From contig CAYNHH010000001.1 of NCBI GenBank assembly GCA_964397085.1, positions 1 to 43,472 of the forward strand: a stretch of DNA of 43,472 nt, written 5' to 3'. The DNA is from an uncultured Candidatus Saccharibacteria bacterium. Lineage in GTDB: Bacteria > Patescibacteriota > Saccharimonadia > CAILAD01 > BJGX01. Position numbers and translations under genes: made by a program. How positions within the stretch are numbered: position 1 is the first letter of the stretch; each line of letters starts with the position of its first letter. Below are positions 30,792 through 40,608 of this stretch, one piece after another. The notes under the pieces were generated by a model that worked only from the letters and a program-made list of their open reading frames with translations, made no database searches and was not told the DNA's origin.

Positions 30792-31901
30792 CTATTGAAT
30801 GTAATCTTTGAGTCGCTTAGAGTCTTTGTGCTTACGAAGCTTAGTAAGTGCCTTGGCTTCAATCTGACGAATACGCTCACGAGTCACCCCAAATTCTTGC
30901 CCCACTTCTTCAAGCGTATGACTACGGCCATCATCTAGACCAAACCGCATGCGTAATATTTTTTGCTCGCGAGGTGTGAGCATACTGAGTGTTTCATCAA
31001 TATGTTCTTTAAGTAGCTCGAAAGTAGCAGCCTCATGTGGAGTAACTGTATCTTGGTCCTCAATAAAATCACCAAGACTACTGTCTTCATCTTCACCAAC
31101 TGTAGCATCAAGGCTGGTGGTATCTTGAGAGATTTTTAAGATGTGATTTACTTTCTCAACGTCAATTTCCATTTCTTTACCAATTTCTTCTGGTAATGGC
31201 TCTCTGCCAAGTTCAGTTGTGAGTCGACGCTGAGTACGAATAAGTTTGTTGATCGTTTCTACCATGTGCACAGGTATTCTAATGACTCTGGCTTGGTCAG
31301 CAATAGCACGAGTAATAGCCTGACGAATCCACCATGTGGCGTAGGTACTAAACTTAAATCCTCGAGTATAATCAAATTTTTCTACAGCCCTAAGAAGACC
31401 AGTATTACCTTCCTCAATTAAATCTAGTAAATCAAGACCACGTCCAATATATTTCTTGGCAATACTTACAACTAGACGAAGGTTGGCTTCTGCAAGAGCA
31501 TCTTTAGCAGCCTTGTCGCCTTTTTCGATACGTTTGGCAAGTGACACTTCTTCTTCAGCAGTAATAAGAGGAATTTTACCAATCTCACGTAGATACAGTC
31601 TTACTGAATCATCAGCAATGTCTTTTATATAATCATCGCTTGCAGCGTTTTCAATATCTTCTTCTGGCTCAGTTTGCCAGATCATCTTGTCTTTTTGATC
31701 AACTACTTCTACACCCTGGTCTATAAGTGCTGAGTATAGATCATCGAGGCCTTCAATATTATTTTCGGCATCAGGAATATCTGACATAATTTCTTGCTGG
31801 GTAACAAAACCCTTCTGACGACCTTTGGCTACTAGCTTTTCAATAGCAGTTACTAAAGTCTGTTCTTCTTCTGAAAGGGCGGGGGCAGGTTTTTTTGGCA
31901 T
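30792..31901 (-). CDS. rpoD: Primary RNA polymerase sigma factor (sigma70 family)
   Basis: Region 2 [41 protein letters not shown] and region 4 [24 protein letters not shown]. Confidence 0.95.
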   Translation of the reverse strand: MPKKPAPALSEEEQTLVTAIEKLVAKGRQKGFVTQQEIMSDIPDAENNIEGLDDLYSALIDQGVEVVDQKDKMIWQTEPEEDIENAASDDYIKDIADDSVRLYLREIGKIPLITAEEEVSLAKRIEKGDKAAKDALAEANLRLVVSIAKKYIGRGLDLLDLIEEGNTGLLRAVEKFDYTRGFKFSTYATWWIRQAITRAIADQARVIRIPVHMVETINKLIRTQRRLTTELGREPLPEEIGKEMEIDVEKVNHILKISQDTTSLDATVGEDEDSSLGDFIEDQDTVTPHEAATFELLKEHIDETLSMLTPREQKILRMRFGLDDGRSHTLEEVGQEFGVTRERIRQIEAKALTKLRKHKDSKRLKDYIQ

Positions 31902-31906
31902 ATTGT

Positions 31907-33661
31907 TTACTCCTCGTTTAATAAGGCCTGATAGGTAGTTAATAACTTTTTGACTTGCGTGGTATCTCCACTTTCCTCAGCTTCTGAGATTGCCCTGGTA
32001 AGTTGACGTTTGTTTTTTTCTCTAACTATTTTGTTTAGTCTATGGATTTGGGTAAAGGCTTCGAGCCGTGCGTCGTGTTCTGATAAATCAGCGTACACGT
32101 GTTCTCCCCGTAATGAAAGTATCTTAACATACTCAGAAAATTTCGGCAAGAGTTTTGCTATCTGTACACTATCCAATTTCTTATTGTCTCGCAAAGCTTC
32201 AAAGATAGGCTTGTGGAGCTGCGAGATATTCTCATAATCCACATCATGCAGGGCATCACGTGCAGGCAGACAGGCAAACATCAGCTCTAGAGTAATTTTT
32301 TCAATCTTTTCAGCCCGAGTAAGCTGACGTTTTTCTTTAACAGCTGGCGTAATATCTACTGAGCTTACTACAGTAATTGGCTTTCGCTCAAGGCCAGCAT
32401 CTAGTTTCTTAAATAGAGTCTCTTCTGGTACATCAACTAGTTGAGCGAGTTTTTTGGTGTAGTGATTTTTCTCGATATCATCATCAAGTCCAGCAATAGT
32501 TGGCAATACAAAGGCCGCAAAATTCTTCTTACCATTGGCAGACTTGGTATCATAATATTCTTTGGCCTGTGAAAAAATATAATCTGGTGCATACTGTGCA
32601 TTTTTTACTGCCTTTTGCCAAGCCTTAGGGTCTTTTGAGACTAACTCATCTGGATCTTTAGCATCTGCATAGCTTATCACCATAAGCTTCACGTCAAGAC
32701 CTGCGGCTATCTCAAGTGCTCGTTGCGTAGCCTTGACGCCCGCTTCATCTTGATCAAAACACAGTTTGATATTCTTGGTAAGTCGCGACAAAATACGCAA
32801 TTGTTCAAAGGTAAGTGCTGTCCCACTTGCTGCTACCGCATTGGTGTACCCTGCATTGGCTAGTGCCAGTACATCCATATTGCCCTCTACCACGATTACT
32901 TCGTCCAGCTTACGAATTGACTCCTTGGCCTGCATAAGACCATAAATAGCAGTACTCTTGTGGTACACAGGTGATTCTGGGGTATTAATATACTTGGCAC
33001 TATCTGGCTCATCTTTGAGTACTCGAGCAGAAAAGCCTATTACTCGTGCTTGAGTATCGAACACCGGAAACATCATTCTGTCTCGAAACAAGTCATATAC
33101 GTTGTCTCGTCCGGCCTTCTGTCGAGCTAAGCCTGCATCTTGTAGCTCTCGCTTGGTAAAGCCTTTATGCAGCAAATAGGTACTTAATGCCTCCCATGAA
33201 TCTGGACTGTATCCTAACCGAAAAGTCTTAATAACCTCTGGCTTGAGCTTTCTTACCTCTCGAAAATACCTCAGTGCTTCTGGGCTCTTTGAGAGAGCAA
33301 GATGATAATACTTCATCGCTTGCTCAAGCGCATCATATATACGGGTTTTGGATTCACCCTGTTTTTGATCTTTTTGACTGCGCGGCTTGAGCTCAATACC
33401 AGCTTTTTTGGCAAGCATTTCTAATGCTTCATAAAACTCAATGCCCTCCATTAGCATTACAAAAGAAAACATATCACCACCCTGGCCAGAGCTAAAATCG
33501 TGCCATATCCCTTTATCGCTACTTACCATAAAGCTGGGAGTTTTTTCAGTCTTAAACGGGCTCAACCCCTTCCAATTACTCCCCGCTTGCTTCAATGGTA
33601 TATAGCCACTCACCACCTCCACGATATCAAGTTTATTTTTTATCTCTTCAACTTCATTCAT
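31907..33661 (-). CDS. dnaG: DNA primase DnaG with a degenerate (Cys/His-less) zinc-binding domain
   Basis: The EKTPSF motif, a TOPRIM region ([17 protein letters not shown]) and the dnaG-rpoD arrangement are present. Start taken at ATG 33661 (MNEVEEIK), because upstream track codons cover a TATAAT box. Confidence 0.9.
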   Translation of the reverse strand: MNEVEEIKNKLDIVEVVSGYIPLKQAGSNWKGLSPFKTEKTPSFMVSSDKGIWHDFSSGQGGDMFSFVMLMEGIEFYEALEMLAKKAGIELKPRSQKDQKQGESKTRIYDALEQAMKYYHLALSKSPEALRYFREVRKLKPEVIKTFRLGYSPDSWEALSTYLLHKGFTKRELQDAGLARQKAGRDNVYDLFRDRMMFPVFDTQARVIGFSARVLKDEPDSAKYINTPESPVYHKSTAIYGLMQAKESIRKLDEVIVVEGNMDVLALANAGYTNAVAASGTALTFEQLRILSRLTKNIKLCFDQDEAGVKATQRALEIAAGLDVKLMVISYADAKDPDELVSKDPKAWQKAVKNAQYAPDYIFSQAKEYYDTKSANGKKNFAAFVLPTIAGLDDDIEKNHYTKKLAQLVDVPEETLFKKLDAGLERKPITVVSSVDITPAVKEKRQLTRAEKIEKITLELMFACLPARDALHDVDYENISQLHKPIFEALRDNKKLDSVQIAKLLPKFSEYVKILSLRGEHVYADLSEHDARLEAFTQIHRLNKIVREKNKRQLTRAISEAEESGDTTQVKKLLTTYQALLNEE

Positions 33662-33750
33662 ATCTATTATTATAGTCGTGATACCGTACATAAAGCAAAA
33701 AGCGATCTACTAATAAATAGATCGCTATAGTTTTTGCCAGACCTCAACTC

Positions 33751-34110
33751 CTAGATCAGGTATGGCATATGTACATCTGCATGATCAGGAGCTTGATGTG
33801 TTTCACCTTCAGACTCAACCGGTAACGGAAGTTGACCTGCAAAGCGCATGTGACACTGTTCAATTTCCTTTTTTGCAACCCTATACAACTCATCAAAATA
33901 CGCTTTTTGAGCAACCGCATCTTGTAAAAAACCTTCTTTTCGCGCTACACCTTGTTCGTTACGCAACTGCACTGCTCGTGCCACATAGCTCCCTATTTCA
34001 CCCTCAAAGATCTTGTACTCAGGGTGTTGTGTCAGAAACTCCAGCTTCGCTGCTGCCACTATCTCTACAACACTATCCCTACTTGCATGGTATTTTCTGT
34101 TTTGATTCAT
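33751..34110 (-). CDS. Hypothetical helical protein
   Basis: 119-aa ORF; no recognised motif. Confidence 0.55.
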   Translation of the reverse strand: MNQNRKYHASRDSVVEIVAAAKLEFLTQHPEYKIFEGEIGSYVARAVQLRNEQGVARKEGFLQDAVAQKAYFDELYRVAKKEIEQCHMRFAGQLPLPVESEGETHQAPDHADVHMPYLI

Positions 34111-34218
34111 TCTACACCTCGGTTGTACGTGAGCTGCTAGGTCAATGAGCCGTTATAAAATACCATAAATATGCCAAAAAGTAAAAAGCTTTTCAAAGAA
34201 GAAAAGCCGTAGTTATAT

Positions 34219-34542
34219 CTATTCATCTACCAGACCAAGTTGCTCTACCAATTCTTTGATCGTATCCAAAAACAAGCATTTTTCACGCAACCGTTCAATG
34301 GAACGATTGATCACTTCTTGATCAGTATAACCCTGATCAGCAAAATACGTGATATCACGCCAAAGAAAAGCCTCAAGTAAGCGTCGGGAATGAGCAGTAC
34401 TGGACAAATTCGCATCGTCCGGTGAGAGCCCGCGAGACTTAAGCTGAGCAACAAGTTCTTGTTGGAGAATCGCACTCGGCCTCACTCGCTCACGCAAGGT
34501 TTTTGGCTTTTCAGGCTCCAAATATCTATCAGTTGCCCTCAT
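34219..34542 (-). CDS. Hypothetical helical protein
   Basis: 107 aa. ATGA overlap with the upstream gene 34539..35042. Confidence 0.55.
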   Translation of the reverse strand: MRATDRYLEPEKPKTLRERVRPSAILQQELVAQLKSRGLSPDDANLSSTAHSRRLLEAFLWRDITYFADQGYTDQEVINRSIERLREKCLFLDTIKELVEQLGLVDE

Positions 34543-35042
34543 GCTTGTGCCACCTCAAATCTATCTCGTATCTCAACAAATAGTGACTTTGCCTGAACAA
34601 ACTTTCGTACAAACCGAAGTGTACGCGCCAAATCATATTTGTTCTTCTTCGCTTCTTGAATTGCAATCACTGCATAAGTCTCAAGTGCACTTTGCTGACC
34701 ATATTCCAAATGAACATCTCCTAGCAAATCAGCAATGATTCTTTGAGGAGAGAGTTTTCCATCAACCTCCGCTTGATGAAATTCAAACTTCTTCCAAAGA
34801 CTCAACACAGTCCTTTTTGATGAAAAGAAGTGCTCAAATCTCTTTTGGTACTCAGCCGTAAGATTGCGACAGTCATTGGCTTCACCATCTACATTCATTA
34901 CCGCTGCCCAAGCCATCTGCTCGGTAAAATCCAGTCTCTGTTGCGTTGCAAGAAGTGGCAAATCGCCATTCTCTACTGCTAATAGGTATGCATCAGTTGC
35001 TATCAGCAGCACATATGTCTTCAACTTAGGTGTAAGGTGCAC
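34539..35042 (-). CDS. Hypothetical helical protein (GTG start)
   Basis: 167 aa. Strong SD GGAGGTGA 3 nt before the GTG. Confidence 0.55.
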   Translation of the reverse strand: MHLTPKLKTYVLLIATDAYLLAVENGDLPLLATQQRLDFTEQMAWAAVMNVDGEANDCRNLTAEYQKRFEHFFSSKRTVLSLWKKFEFHQAEVDGKLSPQRIIADLLGDVHLEYGQQSALETYAVIAIQEAKKNKYDLARTLRFVRKFVQAKSLFVEIRDRFEVAQA

Positions 35043-35158
35043 TACTCACCTCCAGGTGATTTAGATTATTCAAGATTATATACTCTTTTGATATATTAAG
35101 CAAGAAAGCAATAATACTTATGGTTTGGAACCACTGAGAATTTCTATATAGTAAAGAA

Positions 35159-37111
35159 ATGATTCAATACTACTTTTTGAACAAAAAGTTGCAACAACTT
35201 ACACCCAAGACAATTACCGTAGATATATTTGATACTCTCTTGCTACGAAAGTGGCAACCCGAGCCATGGAGATTCTACCAATTCACCAAAATTATGATTC
35301 CTATACTCAAGGGATATGGGCTCCATGCCACATCATATTATCTCTATACTCAAAGACAAAACCTTACACAACTACTAAGGATAAATAACCAAAAAGTTGG
35401 TAACGACTATGAAACTACCTATAAAGAAATAATGCTTTTGCTCATTACAGATCTTGCGAGACGCCAAAAAATATCTCTGAGTAAAAGACAGGCCCCTCAA
35501 ATAGTCAACAAGCTGATGACAAGCGAACTCAAATACGAGAAAAGTCAATTGTATCCCAATCACCAGCTACTCAAAGTACTCAAAAATGCCAAAATCAAAG
35601 GAGTCAAACTTTACTTTGTAAGTGATATGTACTTACAGTCAGCAGAGCTCAAAGAGCTACTCAGGGCTAACAATATTACCATATTTACAGGGGGAATAAG
35701 CTCGGCAGATACTCTCTACGGCAAATCTAGTGGTCGAGCTTTTGTAGAGTTGTCCAATATACACAAGCAAATATCACTGACTAACACATTACACATTGGG
35801 GATAATCGTCACACAGACTTTAGAATTCCAAAACAGTCAGGACTACATGCATTCCATCTGTATATACCCTTTCATCGGTTCAAGTTAGAAATAGGAAAAT
35901 ACCTCTATGGAGCTCGGTTGAAAATAATTCTGCACAACGCTCGGTCAGAACAAAAGGAACAGTACAATCAACGACTCGAAAGTCAGTTTAGCCAAGACTT
36001 AATGAGTACCCAGCTAGAAGCGCAGTATATTGGCTGGCTTTTTGCACCAGCAATTATTTACTATCTCCACACACTAGGTACCGCATCTACTGTAGAAAAT
36101 AAGCAGGTGATCTTTGTGACCGGCGAAAGTAAGATGTTTTTACAGCTGTACAATCAGTTGGGCTATACGAATGCAAAGATTCTGCCTACTCTCAACCGAA
36201 CAGTCTTAATACAAGCGTATGTAGCAATACTCAACAAAAAGGGTGTTCAGCTACACACTATAATTCCGTTTGTAAAAAGAGTACTACGAAGAAAAAACAC
36301 CTACAATGCTCTAGCTGTACTAGGAATAACAACAACTCATAGCAATCAAAGTTATCTGCTTGGCAAACGCAGTATTTCGAGAGCAGCGCTAAATGAGATA
36401 GACATCAAATCGAATATAAAACAATGGAATGCCGCACTAAGTGCGGTACTCAAACAATGGCAAAAAGTTACAAACACCAGAAGTAACCAGTCGATAATTG
36501 CTGATATTGGCTGGAATGATACTGTTCAGATCTTACTCAAAGAAATACTTTTAGAAAGCAATAAGCCTAACCAAATCAGCGGCATGTACCTAGGCCGAAC
36601 TGGAAGTAATATTTTTCACCCCAACATACATACAGAATCTCAGGGTGTAGTATTCAACTCTCTATCTGACAAACATGCCAAATATCTATATCAGCCTGAA
36701 GTATGGGAAAGCTTCTTAAATCAAGATAATCTTGGTAATCTCACAAGAAATGATATTATCACTGGCGTCACTCAGGCAATTGAGTTTTTTAACCAAAGCA
36801 ATTTTACTGCCCAAGACTTTTGGGCTATGAATCAGCCCTTACTAGTGCGTGCCCTCAAGTATCCACCCAAAAGAATTATTGCCGTAATGGCAAATCTTCA
36901 CTTCGACTATGGCACCAAAGACGAACCAATTTGTCCTCTCATCAATACTTCAGCTACAACTACTCAAAGCTGGAAATGGCTACTATTCAATAGGGGGAAA
37001 TTCAAATCTTTCTATTTTCACCAAGGTTGGAAATGGGGCGCTGCAACGTACTATAATTTTAGAATTCCCTATCGCATCTGGCGTTTTAAAACGAAGAAGC
37101 CAAGCTTCTAA
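35159..37111 (+). CDS. Large protein with an N-terminal HAD-superfamily hydrolase-like domain
   Basis: 650 aa. VDIFDTLLLRKW (HAD motif I-like, as in the COG5610-type hydrolases recalled) and HIGDNRHTDF (motif IV-like). The C-terminal ~350 aa are unknown. Confidence 0.65.
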   Translation: MIQYYFLNKKLQQLTPKTITVDIFDTLLLRKWQPEPWRFYQFTKIMIPILKGYGLHATSYYLYTQRQNLTQLLRINNQKVGNDYETTYKEIMLLLITDLARRQKISLSKRQAPQIVNKLMTSELKYEKSQLYPNHQLLKVLKNAKIKGVKLYFVSDMYLQSAELKELLRANNITIFTGGISSADTLYGKSSGRAFVELSNIHKQISLTNTLHIGDNRHTDFRIPKQSGLHAFHLYIPFHRFKLEIGKYLYGARLKIILHNARSEQKEQYNQRLESQFSQDLMSTQLEAQYIGWLFAPAIIYYLHTLGTASTVENKQVIFVTGESKMFLQLYNQLGYTNAKILPTLNRTVLIQAYVAILNKKGVQLHTIIPFVKRVLRRKNTYNALAVLGITTTHSNQSYLLGKRSISRAALNEIDIKSNIKQWNAALSAVLKQWQKVTNTRSNQSIIADIGWNDTVQILLKEILLESNKPNQISGMYLGRTGSNIFHPNIHTESQGVVFNSLSDKHAKYLYQPEVWESFLNQDNLGNLTRNDIITGVTQAIEFFNQSNFTAQDFWAMNQPLLVRALKYPPKRIIAVMANLHFDYGTKDEPICPLINTSATTTQSWKWLLFNRGKFKSFYFHQGWKWGAATYYNFRIPYRIWRFKTKKPSF

Positions 37112-37977
37112 AAATCCTTGTACGTATAGCCAAGCTGAGTAGCGACATCAATCAGTCCCGGCGTTTCAAATGCTATTTGCCTCAGCTTTTGACTTTGTCT
37201 TACTTTTTGAAGCTTTGTGAGTATTTTGGACTTTAGTCTTGCTGGGTTAATATCAAACTCTTTTTGTCCAATAGTATTTGCTCGCTCTGACAGTACTTTT
37301 TTATCAAAAGAGCCCATATAGGCACCTGGGTTGCCACCAATAGCATGTAGCTGGGCCTTACTAGGTTCTAGCATTCGTTTATCATAACCAACTCCCAAGT
37401 AAGCACATATTTGCTGCAAGACCTTAGCAGGCTCTTCTATGTAGTCTTCACAGTGCACAACAAGACTTGAGACCCCCAGGCGATTCACCGTTCTCATTGC
37501 ATCAAAGTAAGTATCTCGCCAAGCGTTCGCTTCAGCCCAAAGAGGCTCAATATCTCTCGACAAGCAGCTTTTAAGATAATCATGGGGTCTCTTAGTAAGG
37601 ATAATAACTCTAACGTCTTGAATGCGTTTATGGTCTTTACATGAAATCTTTAGCCATTCAACATATTTTGAACCATCAATAATAATTGGCTTCTTTATTC
37701 GTTTTCTTAGGTAATCAATTGATTCTGAAGGACTGTTACTACCAAGTTGGGTAAGCTTTTTTTCTGAGAACAATTCACATTCTTTGTTTTCAATAAGACA
37801 GTGCAAACATCCAGCAGGAAATTTGTTATGGCCATAAGTTTTTTGATAAGCAGGAATCCGAGCAAACTCACCAATATAGGCCATTTGCGGGTGACTATTG
37901 AGCGCCGCTCCCAAGATAGTAGAGCCGGTATACGAAGTGCCTACAATGTAACAGTCTACGTTCTGAGTACTTTTCAT
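37108..37977 (-). CDS. Sulfotransferase-family protein
   Basis: 289 aa. N-terminal IVGTSYTGSTILG resembles the 5'-PSB loop of PAPS-dependent sulfotransferases. Its stop codon overlaps the stop of the convergent gene. Confidence 0.65.
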   Translation of the reverse strand: MKSTQNVDCYIVGTSYTGSTILGAALNSHPQMAYIGEFARIPAYQKTYGHNKFPAGCLHCLIENKECELFSEKKLTQLGSNSPSESIDYLRKRIKKPIIIDGSKYVEWLKISCKDHKRIQDVRVIILTKRPHDYLKSCLSRDIEPLWAEANAWRDTYFDAMRTVNRLGVSSLVVHCEDYIEEPAKVLQQICAYLGVGYDKRMLEPSKAQLHAIGGNPGAYMGSFDKKVLSERANTIGQKEFDINPARLKSKILTKLQKVRQSQKLRQIAFETPGLIDVATQLGYTYKDF

Positions 37978-38029
37978 ATCATTAGTCTAGTAGAGATCTC
38001 GTTACAAATGCAAACGTAAGTTCTACAGT

Positions 38030-39397
38030 CTACTTCCAGACCCAACTTGAGATAAGGACTGAGCTCGCCTTTTTCGCGGTGTCATCATTGTAAGAGGTGG
38101 TGATCAAGAATCCATTTATTACCTTGCCGTCTAACTGATAATTCTTATTAGCAGGTATTACAACTACCGTCTGTTGATCAATCCCATTCACCTTAAGAAT
38201 TACTTTCTTAGCATCTACTCCACCTAGCTTAATATCGTCTTGTGTAGAAATTGTACCAGTCTTTGCTTTGTCGACAAGACTCTGAAGGCTAGACACTGTC
38301 TCAGTAACTGGCGTGATTGTTAGATTGTATTGTGAAACAGTACCAAACTGCGCACCCATTTGACAGGAAGTCTTGGAAAAATCAACCGTTGTTGGCAACA
38401 ATACACCAAAAGTGAAACAATCCCTCACAACCGCCTTATAGCCATCAGGAATCACACCGGCTGCTGCTGGCGTATCTTGCGCTTTTTCTACTGGAGCTAC
38501 TGGCTGATCATTCAATTGTACTGCTGGCTTACGGCTATTTCGGCCAGAAAATAGTACTACAAGGCTCAATATTAAGATAAAGGCGACCGCTACCACGCCT
38601 ATAATAATAAATTTCAATGGTTTCTTACTCTTAGTAGCCTGCTGATCAGCCATGCCATCTGCCATAGCATTATTGCTCATTCCAAAGTCTGGTGGTAAAG
38701 CACCTAGACCTGGATCTACCGACATCTGAGCAAGCATATTTGGATCGGGTTGCACAGCAACGCCCGGCTGCATTTCACCAGGCTGGAGAGGTGGCAAACC
38801 TTGTTGGCTAAGATCGAGAGTATTAGCTGGTGGTATTTGCCCAGGATCACTCGTTTGTACTGCTGCCATCTGTTGTTGATCTAGCCCTGTACCTGGGGGT
38901 TGCATATATGGATCAGTAGGTGGTGGTGACTGAACAGGTGCATAAGGCTGTACTGTTGGTTGAGGAGCTATATTTGAATCTGGCTGCAAGGGTACTGCAT
39001 TCATTGGGTTGGACTGTGCAGAAGCTATCTCATAACCACCACTTGGGCTAACTATAGGAGCAGCATTCATGTTATCACCAACTATCGGTGTAGTAGGGGT
39101 ATTCACTGCATAGTTATCAGTACCAGCAGGCAGTTGTGAAGCATCAGCAACAGCTTGATTTTGCCAACCTGGTGCTACTGGCGGTATTGGTGCCGTCTGT
39201 GTTGATTCAATAGGCGGAACTGGTTGCACTGGTGCAGCGGGCATTTGCACATCTAAAGCTGGTTCGACTGGTTGTGGCTGTGTAGGCAAAGACCCCGGTT
39301 GCGTATTTGCAACCGGTGGAACAACAGACCCCCCTGCTGGCAATTGTGTATTATCTGCGCCTGGAATTGGAAAAGTGTTATCTTGTGGATCTAGCAT
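38030..39397 (-). CDS. Membrane-anchored protein with a P/Q-rich N-terminal half and a ~170-aa C-terminal domain
   Basis: 455 aa. About 260 aa of P/Q/A/V low complexity, the TM FIIIGVVAVAFILILSLVVLF, then a beta-rich domain. Confidence 0.7.
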   Translation of the reverse strand: MLDPQDNTFPIPGADNTQLPAGGSVVPPVANTQPGSLPTQPQPVEPALDVQMPAAPVQPVPPIESTQTAPIPPVAPGWQNQAVADASQLPAGTDNYAVNTPTTPIVGDNMNAAPIVSPSGGYEIASAQSNPMNAVPLQPDSNIAPQPTVQPYAPVQSPPPTDPYMQPPGTGLDQQQMAAVQTSDPGQIPPANTLDLSQQGLPPLQPGEMQPGVAVQPDPNMLAQMSVDPGLGALPPDFGMSNNAMADGMADQQATKSKKPLKFIIIGVVAVAFILILSLVVLFSGRNSRKPAVQLNDQPVAPVEKAQDTPAAAGVIPDGYKAVVRDCFTFGVLLPTTVDFSKTSCQMGAQFGTVSQYNLTITPVTETVSSLQSLVDKAKTGTISTQDDIKLGGVDAKKVILKVNGIDQQTVVVIPANKNYQLDGKVINGFLITTSYNDDTAKKASSVLISSWVWK

Positions 39398-39516
39398 ATT
39401 TCCCTATGCATATTAGTATATCAAGACCCCGCAGTAATGGCTATGGTTATATTTTAAGTTTTTCACTAAAAGCAAAACTATGTTATCAAAGCAAGATATA
39501 TGAAATAATAGATCTC

Positions 39517-40608
39517 ATGTCACAGCTAAACTCATTCTCAGACATCTCAAAATACTATTCACAAAGCACTACTAAAGCCAAAGACTTAGATATAGATTCT
39601 GATCAAACCATTGAGGTTTGGCGACTCGATTATAAGCCAAATAGTCTTGCACAAGCCCACGAATGTTTTGCATTCTGTGGAGCCGTCTTACTTACCAAAA
39701 ATTTCGAAATTAACGATGGTCAAACAGTAGGTGATCTAATTGAACCTGTTAGACTAGACTTACTCAAAAAATGGCGTACTGGCAAGTTGGATCTTCTGAC
39801 TCGCACAAAAGACTATGTCGCCTACAACCAGACAGAGCGACATATGCGCACCATTGCATATGGTGAGGTTTGCAATAGCTTAAGTGAAATAGTTGAATTG
39901 CAAAAAGCGCTACTCCCTGCTGTTAGAGTAATTGCAGGTGACCCCCAAACGGAAATATCTATAGATTCTGACGAAGGTACCGTAGTCAACTTACAGGTGT
40001 TTTCTAAAGACAACACTAACTCAAGTCGACAACAACATGGTGCCCATTCTGACAGAGTAGATACTACGGCTGTAGTACCTATTGAGAATATTGGTCCTCA
40101 TGGCGAACTAGTATTTATAGATAATTATGCACAAAGTTGTGAGCAACTACAGCTCGATCAGCATCAAGATTTCAACCAGAATCTTACCAAGATACTAGAA
40201 CTAGCACCTAAATCAATTAGATTTAGAGTACACACCACTCTACCGGGTAATATTGTTCTCGCGCGCACAGATAAAGACATACATTTCATTAGCTCTAAAA
40301 GCTCTGAAGATGTATTAACAAATATTTCTACCGAGCAACTAGAGCAGGTACAAAATGGCGAATTTGTACTTGGACGGGGCATTATCAATATGGCTTTCGA
40401 GACCAAGCGTTGTCGCGATATAGACCAAATAGCTCATAAAATTGAAAATGAAGCGAGCTTCACAGCTACCAATCATGATTATAAAGCTTTCTTTCAGCAA
40501 CTCGATGATGCACTCAACCAAGCAAATTTAGACCCAGAGATCAAAGAAGCAGTTAGAGGGGCGATCATCACCCGCATCTCAGCCCAAGATCTTTACGGCG
40601 AAGATTAA
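39517..40608 (+). CDS. Hypothetical protein (possible HxD...H metal site; speculative)
   Basis: 363 aa from ATG 39517. The track ORF start at 39307 overlaps the divergent gene. HGAHSDRVD and a later VHTT/IHF could be a 2OG-oxygenase-like triad. Confidence 0.55.
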   Translation: MSQLNSFSDISKYYSQSTTKAKDLDIDSDQTIEVWRLDYKPNSLAQAHECFAFCGAVLLTKNFEINDGQTVGDLIEPVRLDLLKKWRTGKLDLLTRTKDYVAYNQTERHMRTIAYGEVCNSLSEIVELQKALLPAVRVIAGDPQTEISIDSDEGTVVNLQVFSKDNTNSSRQQHGAHSDRVDTTAVVPIENIGPHGELVFIDNYAQSCEQLQLDQHQDFNQNLTKILELAPKSIRFRVHTTLPGNIVLARTDKDIHFISSKSSEDVLTNISTEQLEQVQNGEFVLGRGIINMAFETKRCRDIDQIAHKIENEASFTATNHDYKAFFQQLDDALNQANLDPEIKEAVRGAIITRISAQDLYGED

